DNA of 64,000 bases from NCBI GenBank assembly GCA_963826605.1, contig CAWGXN010000005.1, positions 392,116-456,115 on the forward strand, read 5' to 3'. The DNA is from an uncultured Alphaproteobacteria bacterium (GTDB lineage Bacteria > Pseudomonadota > Alphaproteobacteria > MPNO01 > DASWLB01). A program made the translations under genes and the position numbers. Positions 10,389 to 23,527 of this stretch are shown here, piece after piece; the first letter of the stretch is position 1; each line of letters begins with the position of its first letter. The notes under the pieces are model-generated. The model had not been told where the DNA came from and did not search any database. It saw only the letters and a program-made list of their open reading frames with translations.

Positions 10389-12602
10389 TTAGGACGCCCG
10401 GCCGTCCTTGTCACCTCCCCGCGCCGCGGCGCCGCCCGCCTTGCGCGCCTTGGCGATGGCGTCGGCGACCGCGGAGGGGGTGAGCAGCTCGGGAAGCGCC
10501 ATGCCCTTCGGCGCACCCGGCCCGTACACCGCCGTGAACGGGATGCCGTAGCGCCCGAACGTCGCCAGATAGCGCGCGATGGCGGGGTCGGGCCGCGTCC
10601 AGTCGGCCAGCATCGCGGTCACGTCGTGCGCCGCGATCAGGCCCCGCACCGGCTGGGCGTCCAGCACCACCCGCTTGTTCACCTTGCAGGTGAGGCACCA
10701 GTCGGCGGTGACGTCGACCACCACCACCCGGCCGAGCCGCACCTCGTCGGCGATGGCGGCGCGGTCGAAGGGCTGCCACGGCCCGGCGGCGGCAACCGAC
10801 CCGCCCGGCGACGCCGCGCCGCCGGCCAGCGCGGTCACCGCGATCGCCGCGACCCCGAACAGCCCGGCCGCGCCCCAGCTGGCGTGGCGCCACGCCTCGC
10901 CCCGGCGGCGGACCAGCGCGACGGCGGCGAGGGCGGCCACGCCGAGCGCCGCCACCGCGATGGCGATCCCCGTCCCGGCCAAAGCGGCGAGGACGAAGGC
11001 GAGCCAGGCGGCGGTCGCGGCGAGCGCGATGCCGAGGGCGCGCTTGAGGTGGATCATCCACCGCCCCGGATGGGGCAGGTGCGTGGCGAGCCCGGGAAAC
11101 GCCGCGACCAGCAAATACGGAAGCGCCAGCCCGATGCCCAGCGCGGCGAAGATCGCGTAGATCTGCACCGGCCCGCGCGACAGGGCGAAGCCGATGGCGG
11201 TGCCGAGGAAGGGCGCCGTGCACGGTGTGGCGAGCAGCGTCGCCAGCGCGCCGGCGAAGAAGTGGCCGGCGAGGCCGGGCCGGTGGGTATGCGCCGTCGC
11301 GGCACGGTCGGCGACGAAGCCGGGGAGGCGGATCTCGAACAGCCCCCACAGATTGCCGGCGAACAACGTGACGACCAGCACCATCGCCGCCAGGAACACG
11401 GGCTGCTGGAACTGGATGCCCCACTGCGCCGCCATGCCCGCAGCGCGCAACCCCACCGCCGCGCTGCCCAGCACCAGGAACGACACGACGATCCCGGCGG
11501 CGGACGCCGCGAAGCCGCGCCGCACCCGGCGCGCCTCGCCCCCCGCATGGCCCACCACCGACAGCAGCTTGATCGACAGCACCGGCAGGACGCAGGGCAT
11601 CAGATTGAGGATAAGCCCGCCCACCAGCGCCAGCGCCAGCGCCGCCAGCAGCCCGCCGGCCATCACCCGCTCGGGCGCGTCCGACAGCGCCGCCGCCGCG
11701 CGCGGCACCAGCTGCGCCTCGACGGCCCGCGTTCCGTCGACCAGGGTGAGGGCGAGCGGCGTGCCGGCCAGGGGGGCCGCGTCCTTGGGCGGCGGCGCGA
11801 CCGAGACGCGCAGGACGGCGCGCCGCCGGTCCGGCGCGTAGGACACAGACGGCGCCGAGTAGCTGTAGCCGGGCGGGCCCTCGACATAGAGGTCGGGATT
11901 CGCGAACGGCGCGGAGGAGCGCACTGCGACGCGCAGCGTGAGCGTCTCGGCCTGCCCGGCGGGCGGGGTCAGGCTCGCCCCGGTGACGTCGAGCCCCTGG
12001 GTCCCGTCCGGCCCCGGCACAAGCTCGGCGAAGCGCGCGATCTCCGCCGCCTCGGGCGCGGGCGTCGCCGGGCCGGCGGGCAAGGCCAGCGCCAGCGTCG
12101 TCTCGTAGGGGATGCACAGGTTTTCGCAGGTGAGGTAGCGCAGATGCGCCTTGATCTCGACCGGCCGGCCCGGGGCCGCATTTTCGGCCGCGACCGGCAG
12201 CACGACATGATCGTGATAGCCCAGCGTCTCGAGCCCCAGCACGGTGAAGCGCGTGGGCGCGGGCCAGCGCAGCGCGGCGCTCTTCAGGTTCTGCGAGCCC
12301 GTCCAGTCCAGGCTCGGCGGGAATCCGGCATCGCCCGGGGCGCGCCAGTAGATCTTCCAGCCCGGCTTCATCCGGAACTCGACGCCGAGCGACAGCGTTC
12401 GCCGGTCACCGACGGCGTTCGTCGCCGCCACCAGCCGCACGCCGCCCTGCTCGGTCTGGAACCAGGACGAGGCCGCCGCCCGCGCCGGGCCAACCGTGGC
12501 CAGCGCGGCCAAGGCGAGCGCCGCGACGCATGCGAAGGCACGAGCCGCAAGGGCGCGGCGATCCGACAGCACTTTCCCCCGCGCGTGGAGGTTCGAGGCC
12601 AT
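10389..12602 (-). CDS. DsbD/ScsB family thiol:disulfide interchange protein
   Basis: YWRAPGDAG, CENLC, LNLMPCVLP, LATPCTAP, TADWCLTC. Confidence 0.9.
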   Translation of the reverse strand: MASNLHARGKVLSDRRALAARAFACVAALALAALATVGPARAAASSWFQTEQGGVRLVAATNAVGDRRTLSLGVEFRMKPGWKIYWRAPGDAGFPPSLDWTGSQNLKSAALRWPAPTRFTVLGLETLGYHDHVVLPVAAENAAPGRPVEIKAHLRYLTCENLCIPYETTLALALPAGPATPAPEAAEIARFAELVPGPDGTQGLDVTGASLTPPAGQAETLTLRVAVRSSAPFANPDLYVEGPPGYSYSAPSVSYAPDRRRAVLRVSVAPPPKDAAPLAGTPLALTLVDGTRAVEAQLVPRAAAALSDAPERVMAGGLLAALALALVGGLILNLMPCVLPVLSIKLLSVVGHAGGEARRVRRGFAASAAGIVVSFLVLGSAAVGLRAAGMAAQWGIQFQQPVFLAAMVLVVTLFAGNLWGLFEIRLPGFVADRAATAHTHRPGLAGHFFAGALATLLATPCTAPFLGTAIGFALSRGPVQIYAIFAALGIGLALPYLLVAAFPGLATHLPHPGRWMIHLKRALGIALAATAAWLAFVLAALAGTGIAIAVAALGVAALAAVALVRRRGEAWRHASWGAAGLFGVAAIAVTALAGGAASPGGSVAAAGPWQPFDRAAIADEVRLGRVVVVDVTADWCLTCKVNKRVVLDAQPVRGLIAAHDVTAMLADWTRPDPAIARYLATFGRYGIPFTAVYGPGAPKGMALPELLTPSAVADAIAKARKAGGAAARGGDKDGRAS

Positions 12603-12721
12603 TAACGGTTTCCGCGAGATTCGACTATAGTATACCGACGCAGCCGTCGCGGAACCGATAACAATCGCGTGTGGCACATGCGGCCTTGCTGCGCACGGGA
12701 CCGGAAACTATGTGAGGTTCC

Positions 12722-13297
12722 ATGGCAACCGAACGTACGTCCAACGGCTATCTGTCCGGTCAGCTTCTGATCGCGATGCCGCAGATGATGGACCCGCGGT
12801 TCCAGCGGACCGTCATCTACATGTGCGCCCACTCGGCGGAGGGCGCCATGGGGCTCGTCATCAACAAGCCGATGGAGTCGCTGTCCTTCCCCGACCTGCT
12901 GCAGCAGCTCGAGATCGAGCCCACCATCGGCGGCGGCTCGATGCCGATCTATTTCGGCGGCCCGGTCGAGACCGGCCGCGGCTTCGTGCTGCACTCCGCC
13001 GACTACGTCGAAGAGGCGACGCTGGTGATCGGCGGCAACGTCGCCCTGACCGCCAATATCGACATCGTGCGCGCCATCGCCACCGGCGCCGGGCCGCACA
13101 AGCGGCTGCTCGCCCTCGGCTATGCCGGCTGGGGCCCTGGCCAGCTCGACCAGGAGATCCAGCAGAACGGCTGGCTCAGCGTGCCACCCGACGAGGGGCT
13201 GGTGTTCGGCCCGGACGACGGCTCGAAGTGGTCGGCGGCGATGGCCAAGCTCGGCGTCGACATCGAGAAGCTCTCCGGCTTCGCGGGCCGCGCCTGA
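12722..13297 (+). CDS. YqgE/AlgH family protein
   Basis: LLIAMP, GAMGLVINKP, GGPVE, GYAGWGPGQL. Confidence 0.92.
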   Translation: MATERTSNGYLSGQLLIAMPQMMDPRFQRTVIYMCAHSAEGAMGLVINKPMESLSFPDLLQQLEIEPTIGGGSMPIYFGGPVETGRGFVLHSADYVEEATLVIGGNVALTANIDIVRAIATGAGPHKRLLALGYAGWGPGQLDQEIQQNGWLSVPPDEGLVFGPDDGSKWSAAMAKLGVDIEKLSGFAGRA

Positions 13298-13327
13298 CGC
13301 GCGCCGCCCCGCCCCTTTCCTCCCGAG

Positions 13328-14364
13328 TTACTCGCCGGCCACGGCGCGGCGGCGCAGCCCGCCGATGAGGCGCTGGCCCTCGACGAGCTGCCAGGCGATC
13401 AGCGCCGGCGCGCCGAACGCGACCTCGCGCACCCGGCGGGTGAGCGACAGCGCCAGGCTGGTCTGCGCGTCGAGCCCGAACACCGCGCCGAGCAGCACGT
13501 AGCTGCCTTCGAGCACGCCGAGCGCGCTCGGCACCACGAAGGCGGCGCCGCGGATCGCCTGCGACAGGCTCTCGATCACGAACGCCGCCCCGACCGGCAG
13601 CGGATGGCCGAGGAAGCGGAGGGCGAGCCAAATTTCCCCCGCGCCCATGATCCAGGCCGCGAGGTGCAGCGCGAGCGGTGCCGGCGAGGCGCGCGCGGCG
13701 GCGATAGATCGCCCACACCGCGTCGTGCAGCGCGGCGGAAGGCGACCGCGCCGTCGCCGCCCCACAGCCCGGCGAGCATCGCGAGCGCCCGGTCGACCAG
13801 GTGCATCAGCCCGAGCCGCTGGGCGAGGACGAAGGCGGCGAGGACCGGCGCCATGACGCCGAGCCCGATCAGCCCCCAGCGCACCAGGTTGGGCGCGTCG
13901 CCGGCAAGCGCCAGCACCACGATGCCGAGCATCGCGAACAGAAGCTGTGAGCCGACCTCGGTGGTCAGATCGACCACCACCGCGCCGCCCGACTGCGTCA
14001 CCGGCGCGCCGTGCAGCACCAGGGCGCGCGCGCCCGGCCGCCGGGCCGCCAAGCTGCGCGGTCGGCAGCAGGTCGTTCACCGCCTCGCGCAGGACCCGCG
14101 CCCACAGGAAGACGCGGAACGGGCCCGGCCAGTCCGGCTCGGCCAGCACGCGCCACGCCAGCGCCGAGGCGAGCAACGGCACGGCGTGGGACGCGACCAC
14201 GACGCCCGAGCCCCCAGCCCTGCGAGGCGAGAGCGCCCAGCACCTTGCCGGCATCGTTGGCGATCACCATGGCCACCGCGCCGGCGAGGCCGGCCAGGGC
14301 GAGCACGGCGAATCCGATCTGCGCCCAGCGGCGCCCGTGCGTAGCCGCGTTGCGGCGCCGTCAC
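13328..14364 (-). CDS. hpnL: HpnL-like membrane protein (lysylphosphatidylglycerol synthase-like TM domain), several frameshifts
   Basis: REAVNDLLP.AQ.GG, IESLSQAIRGAAFVVPSALGV.EG, RRVRE; downstream of hpnJ. Confidence 0.72.
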
Positions 14365-14365
14365 G

Positions 14366-15794
14366 TCACGCGCTGCCCTCGCGGGCGCGCAGGAAGTGGA
14401 AGAACTCGACGCCCTCGCGCAGGCGGCGCTTGGTCATGTCCCAGCTCCGCACCATCTCGCCGGTGATCTCGGCGATCTTGCGCGGGCGGAAGTAGAAGCG
14501 CTTGTAGAACTCCGCCACCGCCTCGAAGATCTCGCCCTGCGACAGATGCGGGATAGTTGAGCGAGGTGATCTGGAACCCGTCATGGGCGACCATCTGCCG
14601 GTCGTCGCCGCCGCCGACCAGCCAGCCATTCTCGATCGCCTGGTCGTACAGGAACGTGCCGGGATAGGGCGCCGCGATCGAGACCTGGATGGTATGCGGG
14701 TTGATGTCGCGCGCGTACTTGATCGTCTCGGCGATGGTCTCCTGCGTCTCGCCAGGCAGCCCGACGATGAACGTGCCATGGATGGTGATGCCCAGCTTGT
14801 GGCAGTCCTCGGTGAACTTGCGCGCGACCTCGATCCGCATGCCCTTCTTGATGTTGTGCAGGATCTGCTGGTTGCCCGATTCGTAGCCGACCAGCAGCAG
14901 GCGCAGCCCGTTGTCGCGCAGCACCTTCAGCGTCTCGTAGGGCACGTTCGCCTTGGCATTGCACGACCAGGTGACGCCCTCCTTGCCGATCAGCCGGGCG
15001 ATCTTCTCGGCGCGCGGGGCGTTGTCGGTGAACGTGTCGTCGTCGAAGAAGAACTCCTCGACCTGCGGCATGAGCTGCTTGGCGCGGCGGATTTCGGCGG
15101 CGACGTGCTCGGGCGAGCGCGTGCGGTAGGTGTGGCCGGCGATGGTCTGCGGCCACAGGCAGAACGTGCAGCGCGACTTGCAGCCCCGCCCGGTGTAGAG
15201 CGAGACGTAGGGGTGCTTGAGATAGCCGATGAAATAATCCTCGATCACCAGGTCGCGTGCGTAGACGTCGGTGACGAAGGGCAGGGCGTCCATGTCGTGG
15301 ATCAGCGCCCGGTCGGGGTTGTGCACGATCTGGCCGTCGCGGCGGAAGCTCACCCCGTCGACGGACTCGTAGGGCCGGCCGTCGGCGATCTCCTTCAGCG
15401 TGTAGTCGAACTCGTGCCGGGCGACGAAATCGACCGCAGGGGCGAGCTGCAGCGACTTGTCGGGCAGGATCGCCACGTGCGCCCCGACAAAGCCGACGGT
15501 CGCGGAGGGGTTGCGCGCCTTGATCGCCTCGGCGACCTTCGCGTCCGAGGCGAATGACGGCGTCGAGGTGTGGATGACGATCAGCTCGTGCGCGTCCGCG
15601 ATCGGCAGCACGTCGTCGAGCGAGAGCCCGCGCGCCGGCGCGTCGACCAGCTTCGAGCCCTCGATCATCGCGGCCGGCTGGGCGAGCCAGGTCGGGTACC
15701 AGAACGAGCGGATCTCCCGCGTCGCCTGGTAGCGCGCGCCCGCGCCGCCGTCGAATCCTTCGTAGGAGGGGGGATTGAGGAACAGGGTCTTCAT
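14366..15794 (-). CDS. hpnJ: Hopanoid biosynthesis radical SAM protein HpnJ (frameshift near 14550)
   Basis: MKTLFLNPPSYEGFDGGAGARYQ, GRGCKSRCTFCLWPQT. Confidence 0.93.
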
Positions 15795-16968
15795 GGGGCC
15801 CTCTGTCTTTCGCCTGCGTTGATCAAGGTGCCGCGCCGGTCGGTGGCGAGGCGGCGGTCGCGCCACACCACGCTGCGGCCGAAAAAGCTCGCCGCCCGAT
15901 AGCGCCAGCGACATCGCGTCGCGCAGCGCCACCAGGGCGTAGTGCCGGCCGGGGATGGCCAGCCGGGCGTGGACGTAGTTGTGCAGGGCGAGGCGGGCGG
16001 CAATCCCGGCGGCCAGCATCGCCGCGGCGGCCGCACCGCCTGCGCCGGCGGCCAGCAGGACCGAGCGCCGCCAGCGCCGCGACGGAGACGGTGTTCTCCA
16101 GCATGCTCGCCGCGTATTTCGCCGGCTCCACGCCGCGAATCGTGCGCGCCCAGCGCAGCTCGTGGCGCGCCACCGCCGAAAGGGTCGTCTCGCTCACCAC
16201 CGTCTCCACCAGCCGGTCCGCCAGCACGACACGATACCCGTGCGCGACCAGGCGCCGCCCCAACATATAGTCATCCGCCAGCTCGTCTCTCAGGGCCGCC
16301 AGCCCGCCGATCGCGGCCAGCGAGTCGCGGCGGACCGCCATGGTCGAGCCCATGCAGAACTGCACCTGGCCCAGCGCGCGGGCCACCAGCACCGAGGGCA
16401 GGAACCAGTCGTTGATGTGCATGCAGGCGAGACGCGCGGCAAGGCGGGGATGGGCCGCGCGGGCGGTATAGGGGCAGGTGACGGCGCCGACCTGCCGCTC
16501 GGCCAGCGGCGCGACCACCCGGGCGAGATAATCGGTGCCGACGGCGATATCGGCGTCCGAGATCGCCAGCATGTCGTGGCGTGCGGCGCCCAACATGTTG
16601 ATTAAATTGCTGATCTTGGGATTCCGGCCGTTCACGCGCGAGGAGACCACCATGGTGGCGTCGCGCCCAGGGAACTCCGCCATCAGCCGCTCGGCCACCG
16701 CGCGGGCCGGGTCGCCGGGGTCGGATACGCCGAACACGATCTGGTAGTCGGGGTAGTCCTGCGTGAAAAAGCCGCGCAGGCATTCGTACAGCTCCGGCTC
16801 GGCCCCGTAGAGCGGCTTCAGCACCGTCACCGGCGGGGCGAAGGCGGGCGCGCCCCGGTCCTGGCGCGCATAGCGGCGCACGCACAGGGCGGCGAAGGCC
16901 GCGTAGCCGATGGCGGCGGCGCCGAGCGCGCCGGCCGCCACAGAAGCGATTTCCGAACCCGTGGCGAT
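15791..16968 (-). CDS. hpnI: Bacteriohopanetetrol glucosamine glycosyltransferase HpnI (C-terminal frameshifts)
   Basis: VTVLKPLYG, NPKISNL, SDADI, LADDY, HELRWARTIR. Confidence 0.9.
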
Positions 16969-17059
16969 CGAAACTCTCCCGGCGGAACGCCGTGCAAATG
17001 GCCCTTCCGCGGGCCGCCCGCAACCTACGTGTTTTCCCGAGTCCCGGCCAGTGCGCGAT

Positions 17060-17974
17060 TTATTCCCCGGCCGGGGCCTCGGCGGCGGCCTTTCTGCGGC
17101 CGGCGCGCTCGATATTCGCCTCGCGGCGGGTGATGTAGGTCGCCGCGCCGAAGATCACGGCGGCGCCGATCCAGGTCCAGATGTCGGCGGCCTCGTGGAA
17201 CAGGGCCCAGCCCGACGCCGCGATCATCGGCAGGCGCAGGAAGTCGAACGGCGCGACCACGCTGGCATCGGCCGAGGCGAAGCCGCGCGCCTGGCAGATC
17301 TGCGCCCCCCAGCCGACCAGCCCGGTCGCCACGATCAGCGGCGCCAGCGACCAGTCGGGCCAGACCCAGTTGAATGCGGCGCCGACCGCCGCCATCGGTA
17401 CGATCAGCACGTTCATGTAGAACACGATCACCCGGGCCGTTTCGGTGCGGGTCAGCGCCTTCACCATCAGCCAGTTCACCGCGTAAAAGGCGGCCGAGAC
17501 CAGCACGGCGATCTCCGGCATCCCGACATGGGCGATGCCGGGCCGCAGGATGATCAGCGCGCCGGCGAAGCCGATCGCGGTGGCGAGCGACCGGCGCCAG
17601 CCCACCGTCTCGCCCAGGAACAAAGCCGCGCCGATCACCGTGAATAGCGGAATGACGAACTGCAGCGCCACGGCGCTCGCCAGCACCATCGTCGCCGCGG
17701 CGTAGAAATAGGTCAGGTTCGCGCCGTACACGGCGAGGGCGCGCACTGCGAACATGCCCATACGCTGGGTCGCCAGCGCGCGGCGCTGCCGCGCGGTCAG
17801 CGCCCAGGGGAGCACCGCGGCGCTCGCCACGAAGGCGCGCCAGAACACCACCTCGAACACCGGCAGATGCTGCGTCAGCACCCGGATGCCCAGCAGCATG
17901 GCGACGAAGCCCGCGTCGGCGAACACCATCCAGAATGCCGCCCGGGCGACCGAGTTGGGCGACGAGCCTGTCAT
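17060..17974 (-). CDS. EamA/DMT family transporter
   Basis: About 10 hydrophobic segments, FLGE.VGWRR, ADASVVAPFDF. Confidence 0.88.
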   Translation of the reverse strand: MTGSSPNSVARAAFWMVFADAGFVAMLLGIRVLTQHLPVFEVVFWRAFVASAAVLPWALTARQRRALATQRMGMFAVRALAVYGANLTYFYAAATMVLASAVALQFVIPLFTVIGAALFLGETVGWRRSLATAIGFAGALIILRPGIAHVGMPEIAVLVSAAFYAVNWLMVKALTRTETARVIVFYMNVLIVPMAAVGAAFNWVWPDWSLAPLIVATGLVGWGAQICQARGFASADASVVAPFDFLRLPMIAASGWALFHEAADIWTWIGAAVIFGAATYITRREANIERAGRRKAAAEAPAGE

Positions 17975-17993
17975 CGACCGCCCCGGCCGCCGA

Positions 17994-18093
17994 CCCCCTC
18001 CCCAGCCCTCCCCCGTTCAGGGGGAGGGGGTGCGGTGCTCGAGCGGCGCAGTGCGTTCCCTCCCCCGGCAAGGGGGGTGGATAGGGTGGGGGT
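17994..18093. repeat. C/G-rich palindromic doublet, family C (divergent copy)
   Basis: CCCCCTCCCCAGCCCTCCCCC...GGGGGAGGGG plus an inverted partner. Confidence 0.7.
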
Positions 18094-18107
18094 CGGGAAC
18101 GGCACCG

Positions 18108-19331
<1,224 letters not shown>

Positions 19332-19425
19332 CGTTCCGCTCGTTCCGGGAATTGAGGCGGCGCAGTATAGTCGGATGCAACCGCCCGGCAAGCGGCGGCG
19401 CGGGATGGAAATGCGAGAAAAGGGA

Positions 19426-19575
19426 CCCCTCTCCCTGTCCCTCCCCCTCAAGGGGGGAGGGAACCCCTGCATCGAGTGCCGTACCGATTAGGGCCGCACC
19501 GCGTTCGCCATCTAACGCACAGGTCTTGGTGTTTCGCCCCCTCCCCCCTTGAGGGGGAGGGTTGGGGAGGGGGGT
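19426..19575 (-). repeat. Family C REP doublet / MITE-like unit of about 150 bp
   Basis: Reverse complement matches the ends of 29885-30097 and 52311-52455. Confidence 0.88.
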
Positions 19576-20684
19576 TAATCGGCGGTCACTTCGGCCGCCT
19601 CGCGCTCCGCCCGGCGCAGGCGCTCCGATGCCGATTTGAGCTGGCCGCAGGCGGCCATGATGTCGCGCCCGCGCGGGGTGCGGACCGGCGAGGAATAGCC
19701 GGCGCGGTTGACGATGTCGGCGAAGGCGGCGATGGCGGCGTCGGTCGAGCATTCGAACGGCGCGCCGGGCCACGGGTTGAACGGGATCAGATTCACCTTG
19801 GCGGGGATGCCGGAGATCAGTTTCACCAGCGCGCGCGCGTCGGCGGGCGTATCGTTCACGCCCTTCAGCATGACGTACTCGAAGGTGATGCGCCGCGCGT
19901 TCGACGCGCCGGGATAGGCGCGGCAGGCGGCCAGCAGCTCGGCGATCGGGTGCTTGCGGTTGATCGGTACCAGCACGTCGCGCAGCTCGTCCGTGACGGC
20001 GTGCAGCGAGATGGCGAGACGCACGCCCAGCTCCTCGCCCACGCGGGCCATCATCGGCACGACGCCCGCGGTCGACAGCGTGATGCGCCGGCGCGAGATG
20101 CCGATCCCCTCGCCGTCCATCATGATGCGCAGCGCGGCGGCGACGTTGTCGTAATTGTAGAGCGGCTCGCCCATCCCCATCATCACGATGTTGGACAGGC
20201 GCCGCCCGTCCTTCGGGCTCGGCCACTCGCCATAGGAATCGCGCGCCACCAGCATCTGGCCGACGATCTCGCCGGCGGTCAGGTTGCGCACCAGAGGCTG
20301 CGTGCCGGTGTGGCAGAACTTGCAGGTCAGCGCGCAGCCCACCTGCGACGACATGCAGAGCGCGCCGCGATCCTCCTCCGGGATGTGCACGCATTCCGCC
20401 TCGCGCCCGTCGGCGAAGCGCAGCAGCCATTTGCGCGTGCCGTCGGTCGAATCCTGGCGTGTGGTCTCGGCAGGCCGGGACAGCGTGTAGTGGAGGGCGA
20501 GCTCGGTGCGCAGCGGCTTGGCGAGCGTCGTCATCTCGTCGAAGTCGCGCGCGCCGCGATAGTAGATCCAGTGCCAGATCTGGCGGGCGCGGAACGCCGG
20601 CAGGCCGTGCCGCGCGAGCTCGGCCGCGAGCGCGTCGCGCTCGAGCCCGATCAGGTTGGTGAGTGTGGCGCCGGTGCCGTCCAT
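19575..20684 (-). CDS. rlmN: Dual-specificity RNA methyltransferase RlmN
   Basis: [33 protein letters not shown]. Confidence 0.97.
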   Translation of the reverse strand: MDGTGATLTNLIGLERDALAAELARHGLPAFRARQIWHWIYYRGARDFDEMTTLAKPLRTELALHYTLSRPAETTRQDSTDGTRKWLLRFADGREAECVHIPEEDRGALCMSSQVGCALTCKFCHTGTQPLVRNLTAGEIVGQMLVARDSYGEWPSPKDGRRLSNIVMMGMGEPLYNYDNVAAALRIMMDGEGIGISRRRITLSTAGVVPMMARVGEELGVRLAISLHAVTDELRDVLVPINRKHPIAELLAACRAYPGASNARRITFEYVMLKGVNDTPADARALVKLISGIPAKVNLIPFNPWPGAPFECSTDAAIAAFADIVNRAGYSSPVRTPRGRDIMAACGQLKSASERLRRAEREAAEVTAD

Positions 20685-20757
20685 GCGGCGCAATATAGGC
20701 ATTCGCGCCAGCGCGGGGAATGGCCCGTCCGTCGCCTGCCGGCCGACAAATCCACTT

Positions 20758-20866
20758 GTCACCCCGGACGGCGCACAGCGCCGAGCCGGGGTCCATCGCG
20801 CAACGCCCGCGGGCGGATTGGGATGGGCCCCGGCTCTCGCCGCCGGGGCGGCTCGGCCGGGGTGAC
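20758..20866. repeat. Palindromic repeat, family D (GTCACCCCGG...CCGGGGTGAC)
   Basis: Terminal inverted repeat with two internal hairpins; related to 26265-26378. Confidence 0.82.
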
Positions 20867-20991
20867 AAATATCGTTTACGTGGGAACCCACACACGCCGC
20901 GATGAGTGTCCTGCGCTCCTCGCGATGACGGGTCGCGAGCGTCACGGACCTGACGCTTTACAGCGCCGGCGAGGGCGGGCAGGGTGGCCCG

Positions 20992-22243
20992 ATGGTCGCC
21001 GTGCTGGCGCCACTGGGCGCGCTTCTCCTCGCCATCGCCATCTTCGCGCTCGGCCACGGGCTGTTCGGCTCGCTGGTCTCGGTGCGGCTCGCCGTGGAGG
21101 GCTACTCCGCGGCAATGGTGGGCATCGTCTCCGCCGCCTATTTCGCCGGGCTGGTCGCCGGCGCGCGCGGCGGCCCGGCGGTGGTGCGCCGGGTCGGGCA
21201 TATCCGCGCGTTCGCCGGGTTTGCCGGCCTGCTCGCCGCCACCGCCGTCGCAATGCCCCTGTTCGTCGGGCCCATCCCGTGGACGCTTCTGCGCGCGCTC
21301 TACGGCGCTTGCTCCGGTGGACTCGTCCTGGTGATCGAAGTCCTGGCTGGGCAGCGCGGCACCCGAAGGCTGGCGGTCGCGCGTGCTCGCCGCCTACATG
21401 GTGGTGTTCTACCTGGCGCTCGGCGGCGCGCAGTTCCTGCTCAACCTCTACGACCCGGCCAGCACCGCTTCGTTCAGCGTGGTGGCGATCCTGCTGTCGC
21501 TCTGCCTCGTGCCGGTCGCGCTGTCGCGCGTGCGGGCGCCGGCGCTCGAGGCCGCGGCCTCGCATTCCTTCGCCGAGCTGTTCGCGCTGTCGCCGCTCGC
21601 CGTCGCCGGCTCGTTCGCTTCCGGGATGGTGCTGGGTGCGTTCTACGGACTCGGTCCCGTGTTCGGCCACGCGCTCGGCCACGGCACCCAGGGGACCGCG
21701 CTCGTCATGTCGGCGACGATCTTCGGCGGGTTCGTGCTGCAATGGCCGGCCGGGTACCTGTCCGACCTCCTCGACCGGCGCACGGTCATCACCGGCGTCG
21801 CGGCGACCGGCGCCGTGGCGTCCGCCGCCATCGCCGCGGTCGGGGGGCAAGGGCTCGCCGTCCTGCTCCCCCTTCTCGCGCTGTTCGGCGGGATGACCTT
21901 CACCCTCTACCCGCTGTGCCTCGCCCATGCCGGCGACTATCTGCGCGGCGAGGGCGGCATGGTCTCGGTGTCGAGCGGGCTGCTGCTCGCTTACGGGTTC
22001 GGGGCGATGGCGGGGCCGCTGATAGCGGGCGGCGCGTATGACCTCGCCGGCGGACGCGGGCTGTTCGTCGTATCCGCCGCCGTGCTCGCCGCCGTGGTCG
22101 CCTTTGCGCTGTGGCGCCGCTCGCGCCGCCCCGCCGTGCCGAACGAGGAGCAGCTTCCCTTCGTCGCCATGCCGCGCACCACGCCCGTCGCCTACGAGCT
22201 CGACCCGCGCGCGGAGCAGGGCGCGGCCGAGGTGGAGGTTTGA
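20992..22243 (+). CDS. MFS transporter, YcaD-like (frameshift near 21340)
   Basis: VGHIRAFA, LQWPAGYLSD..DRR, 12-TM pattern. Confidence 0.85.
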
Positions 22244-22244
22244 G

Positions 22245-23435
22245 CTACTCCGCCGCCATGGGGGCCACGCGGGTGCGGGCGCGCAGCCAGAGGATGGCCA
22301 CGACAACGAGCAGCAGGAACGGCGCCACCGAGTAATTCACCGTGGCCCAGCCATAGACGTTCTGCAGCCAGCCCGAGGTGAAGGCGGTGAAAGCGACCGT
22401 GCCGAACACGCAGAAATCGTTGAAGCCCTGCACCTTGGCGCGCTCCTCCGGCGCGTAGGTCTCGGTCAGCATCGCGGTGCCGCTGACGAACAGGAAGTTC
22501 CAGCCCGCGCCCACCAGCACGTTGGCCAGCCAGAAGTTCCATACGTCGACGCCGGAAAGCGCCGCCGTCACGCACCCGATCATCAGCACCGCGCCGACCA
22601 GCATGATCCGCGCGCCGCCATAGCGCACGATCAGCGCGCCGGAGAAGAAGCTCGGCACGTACATGCCGAGGACGTGCCACTGGATGACGAAGGCCGCGTC
22701 GTCGAACTTGAGCCCGCACGCGATCATCGACAAAGGCGTCGCCGTCATCATCAGGCTCATGACGCCCCAGCCGATCATGCCACCCAGCACGGCGACCACG
22801 AACTTGGGCTGGCGGGCGATCTCGGCCAGCGGCCGGCCGGCGCTGCGCGTGGCCTGGCGGGGCGGCGGGGGCAGGTTGGTCACCGCCAGCATGGCGATCA
22901 TGAAAAGCGGCAGCGCGGCCATCGCCAGGAACGTGCCGGAAAAGGCGATCGGCCCGAACAGGTCCTTGGTGTGCTTGGCGAGCTCGGGCCCCACGAAGGC
23001 GGCGACGATGCCGCCCAGATTGACCCAGGCGATCGCCTTGGAGCGCCACGAGACGTCGGCCACCTCGGCGGCGGCGAAGCGGTAGAGCTGGGCCGTGGCG
23101 CTGAACGCGCCGATGGTGATCGTGCCGCAGGCATAGACCCAGAACGAGCCGATCCAGATGCCATAGGCCGCGATCAGCGCGCCGACGCTGCCGATAACCG
23201 CACCCGACATGAAGCCGGCGCGCCGCCCGATCCGCCGCATCAACTGCGAGACGGGGATCGCGACCAGGGCGAGCGAGACCCAGCCGAGCGCGTGCGGCAG
23301 GGTGGCGAGCCCCTTGTCCGTCGCCAGCATGTTGCCGACCAGCGCCGTCACCGACAGCATCATGGTGGTCATGATCTGGCCGAACGACTGCGAGATGGCG
23401 AGATAGGCGACGGTGCGCCTGGCGGGCTGGGCCAT
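22245..23435 (-). CDS. MFS transporter
   Basis: YRFAAAE, IQWHVLGMYVPSFF, GWNFLF, ERAKVQGFND. Confidence 0.88.
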   Translation of the reverse strand: MAQPARRTVAYLAISQSFGQIMTTMMLSVTALVGNMLATDKGLATLPHALGWVSLALVAIPVSQLMRRIGRRAGFMSGAVIGSVGALIAAYGIWIGSFWVYACGTITIGAFSATAQLYRFAAAEVADVSWRSKAIAWVNLGGIVAAFVGPELAKHTKDLFGPIAFSGTFLAMAALPLFMIAMLAVTNLPPPPRQATRSAGRPLAEIARQPKFVVAVLGGMIGWGVMSLMMTATPLSMIACGLKFDDAAFVIQWHVLGMYVPSFFSGALIVRYGGARIMLVGAVLMIGCVTAALSGVDVWNFWLANVLVGAGWNFLFVSGTAMLTETYAPEERAKVQGFNDFCVFGTVAFTAFTSGWLQNVYGWATVNYSVAPFLLLVVVAILWLRARTRVAPMAAE

Positions 23436-23527
23436 GCGAGGGTTCCCTGATCCGCCCTGCACTTAGACCCGGCAGCCGGGCCTGTCCAGAGGGCCGGCGC
23501 CGGTCAGGCTTGCGGTGCGCGCAACAC

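Noticed and set aside
9957-12605. Very long alternative-frame or antisense ORFs (also 18367-21201, 45611-47785, 50372-52273, 57849-60950)
   Set aside because: Arg/Ala/Pro/Gly-rich shadows of real genes, expected in high-GC DNA; no recognisable motifs
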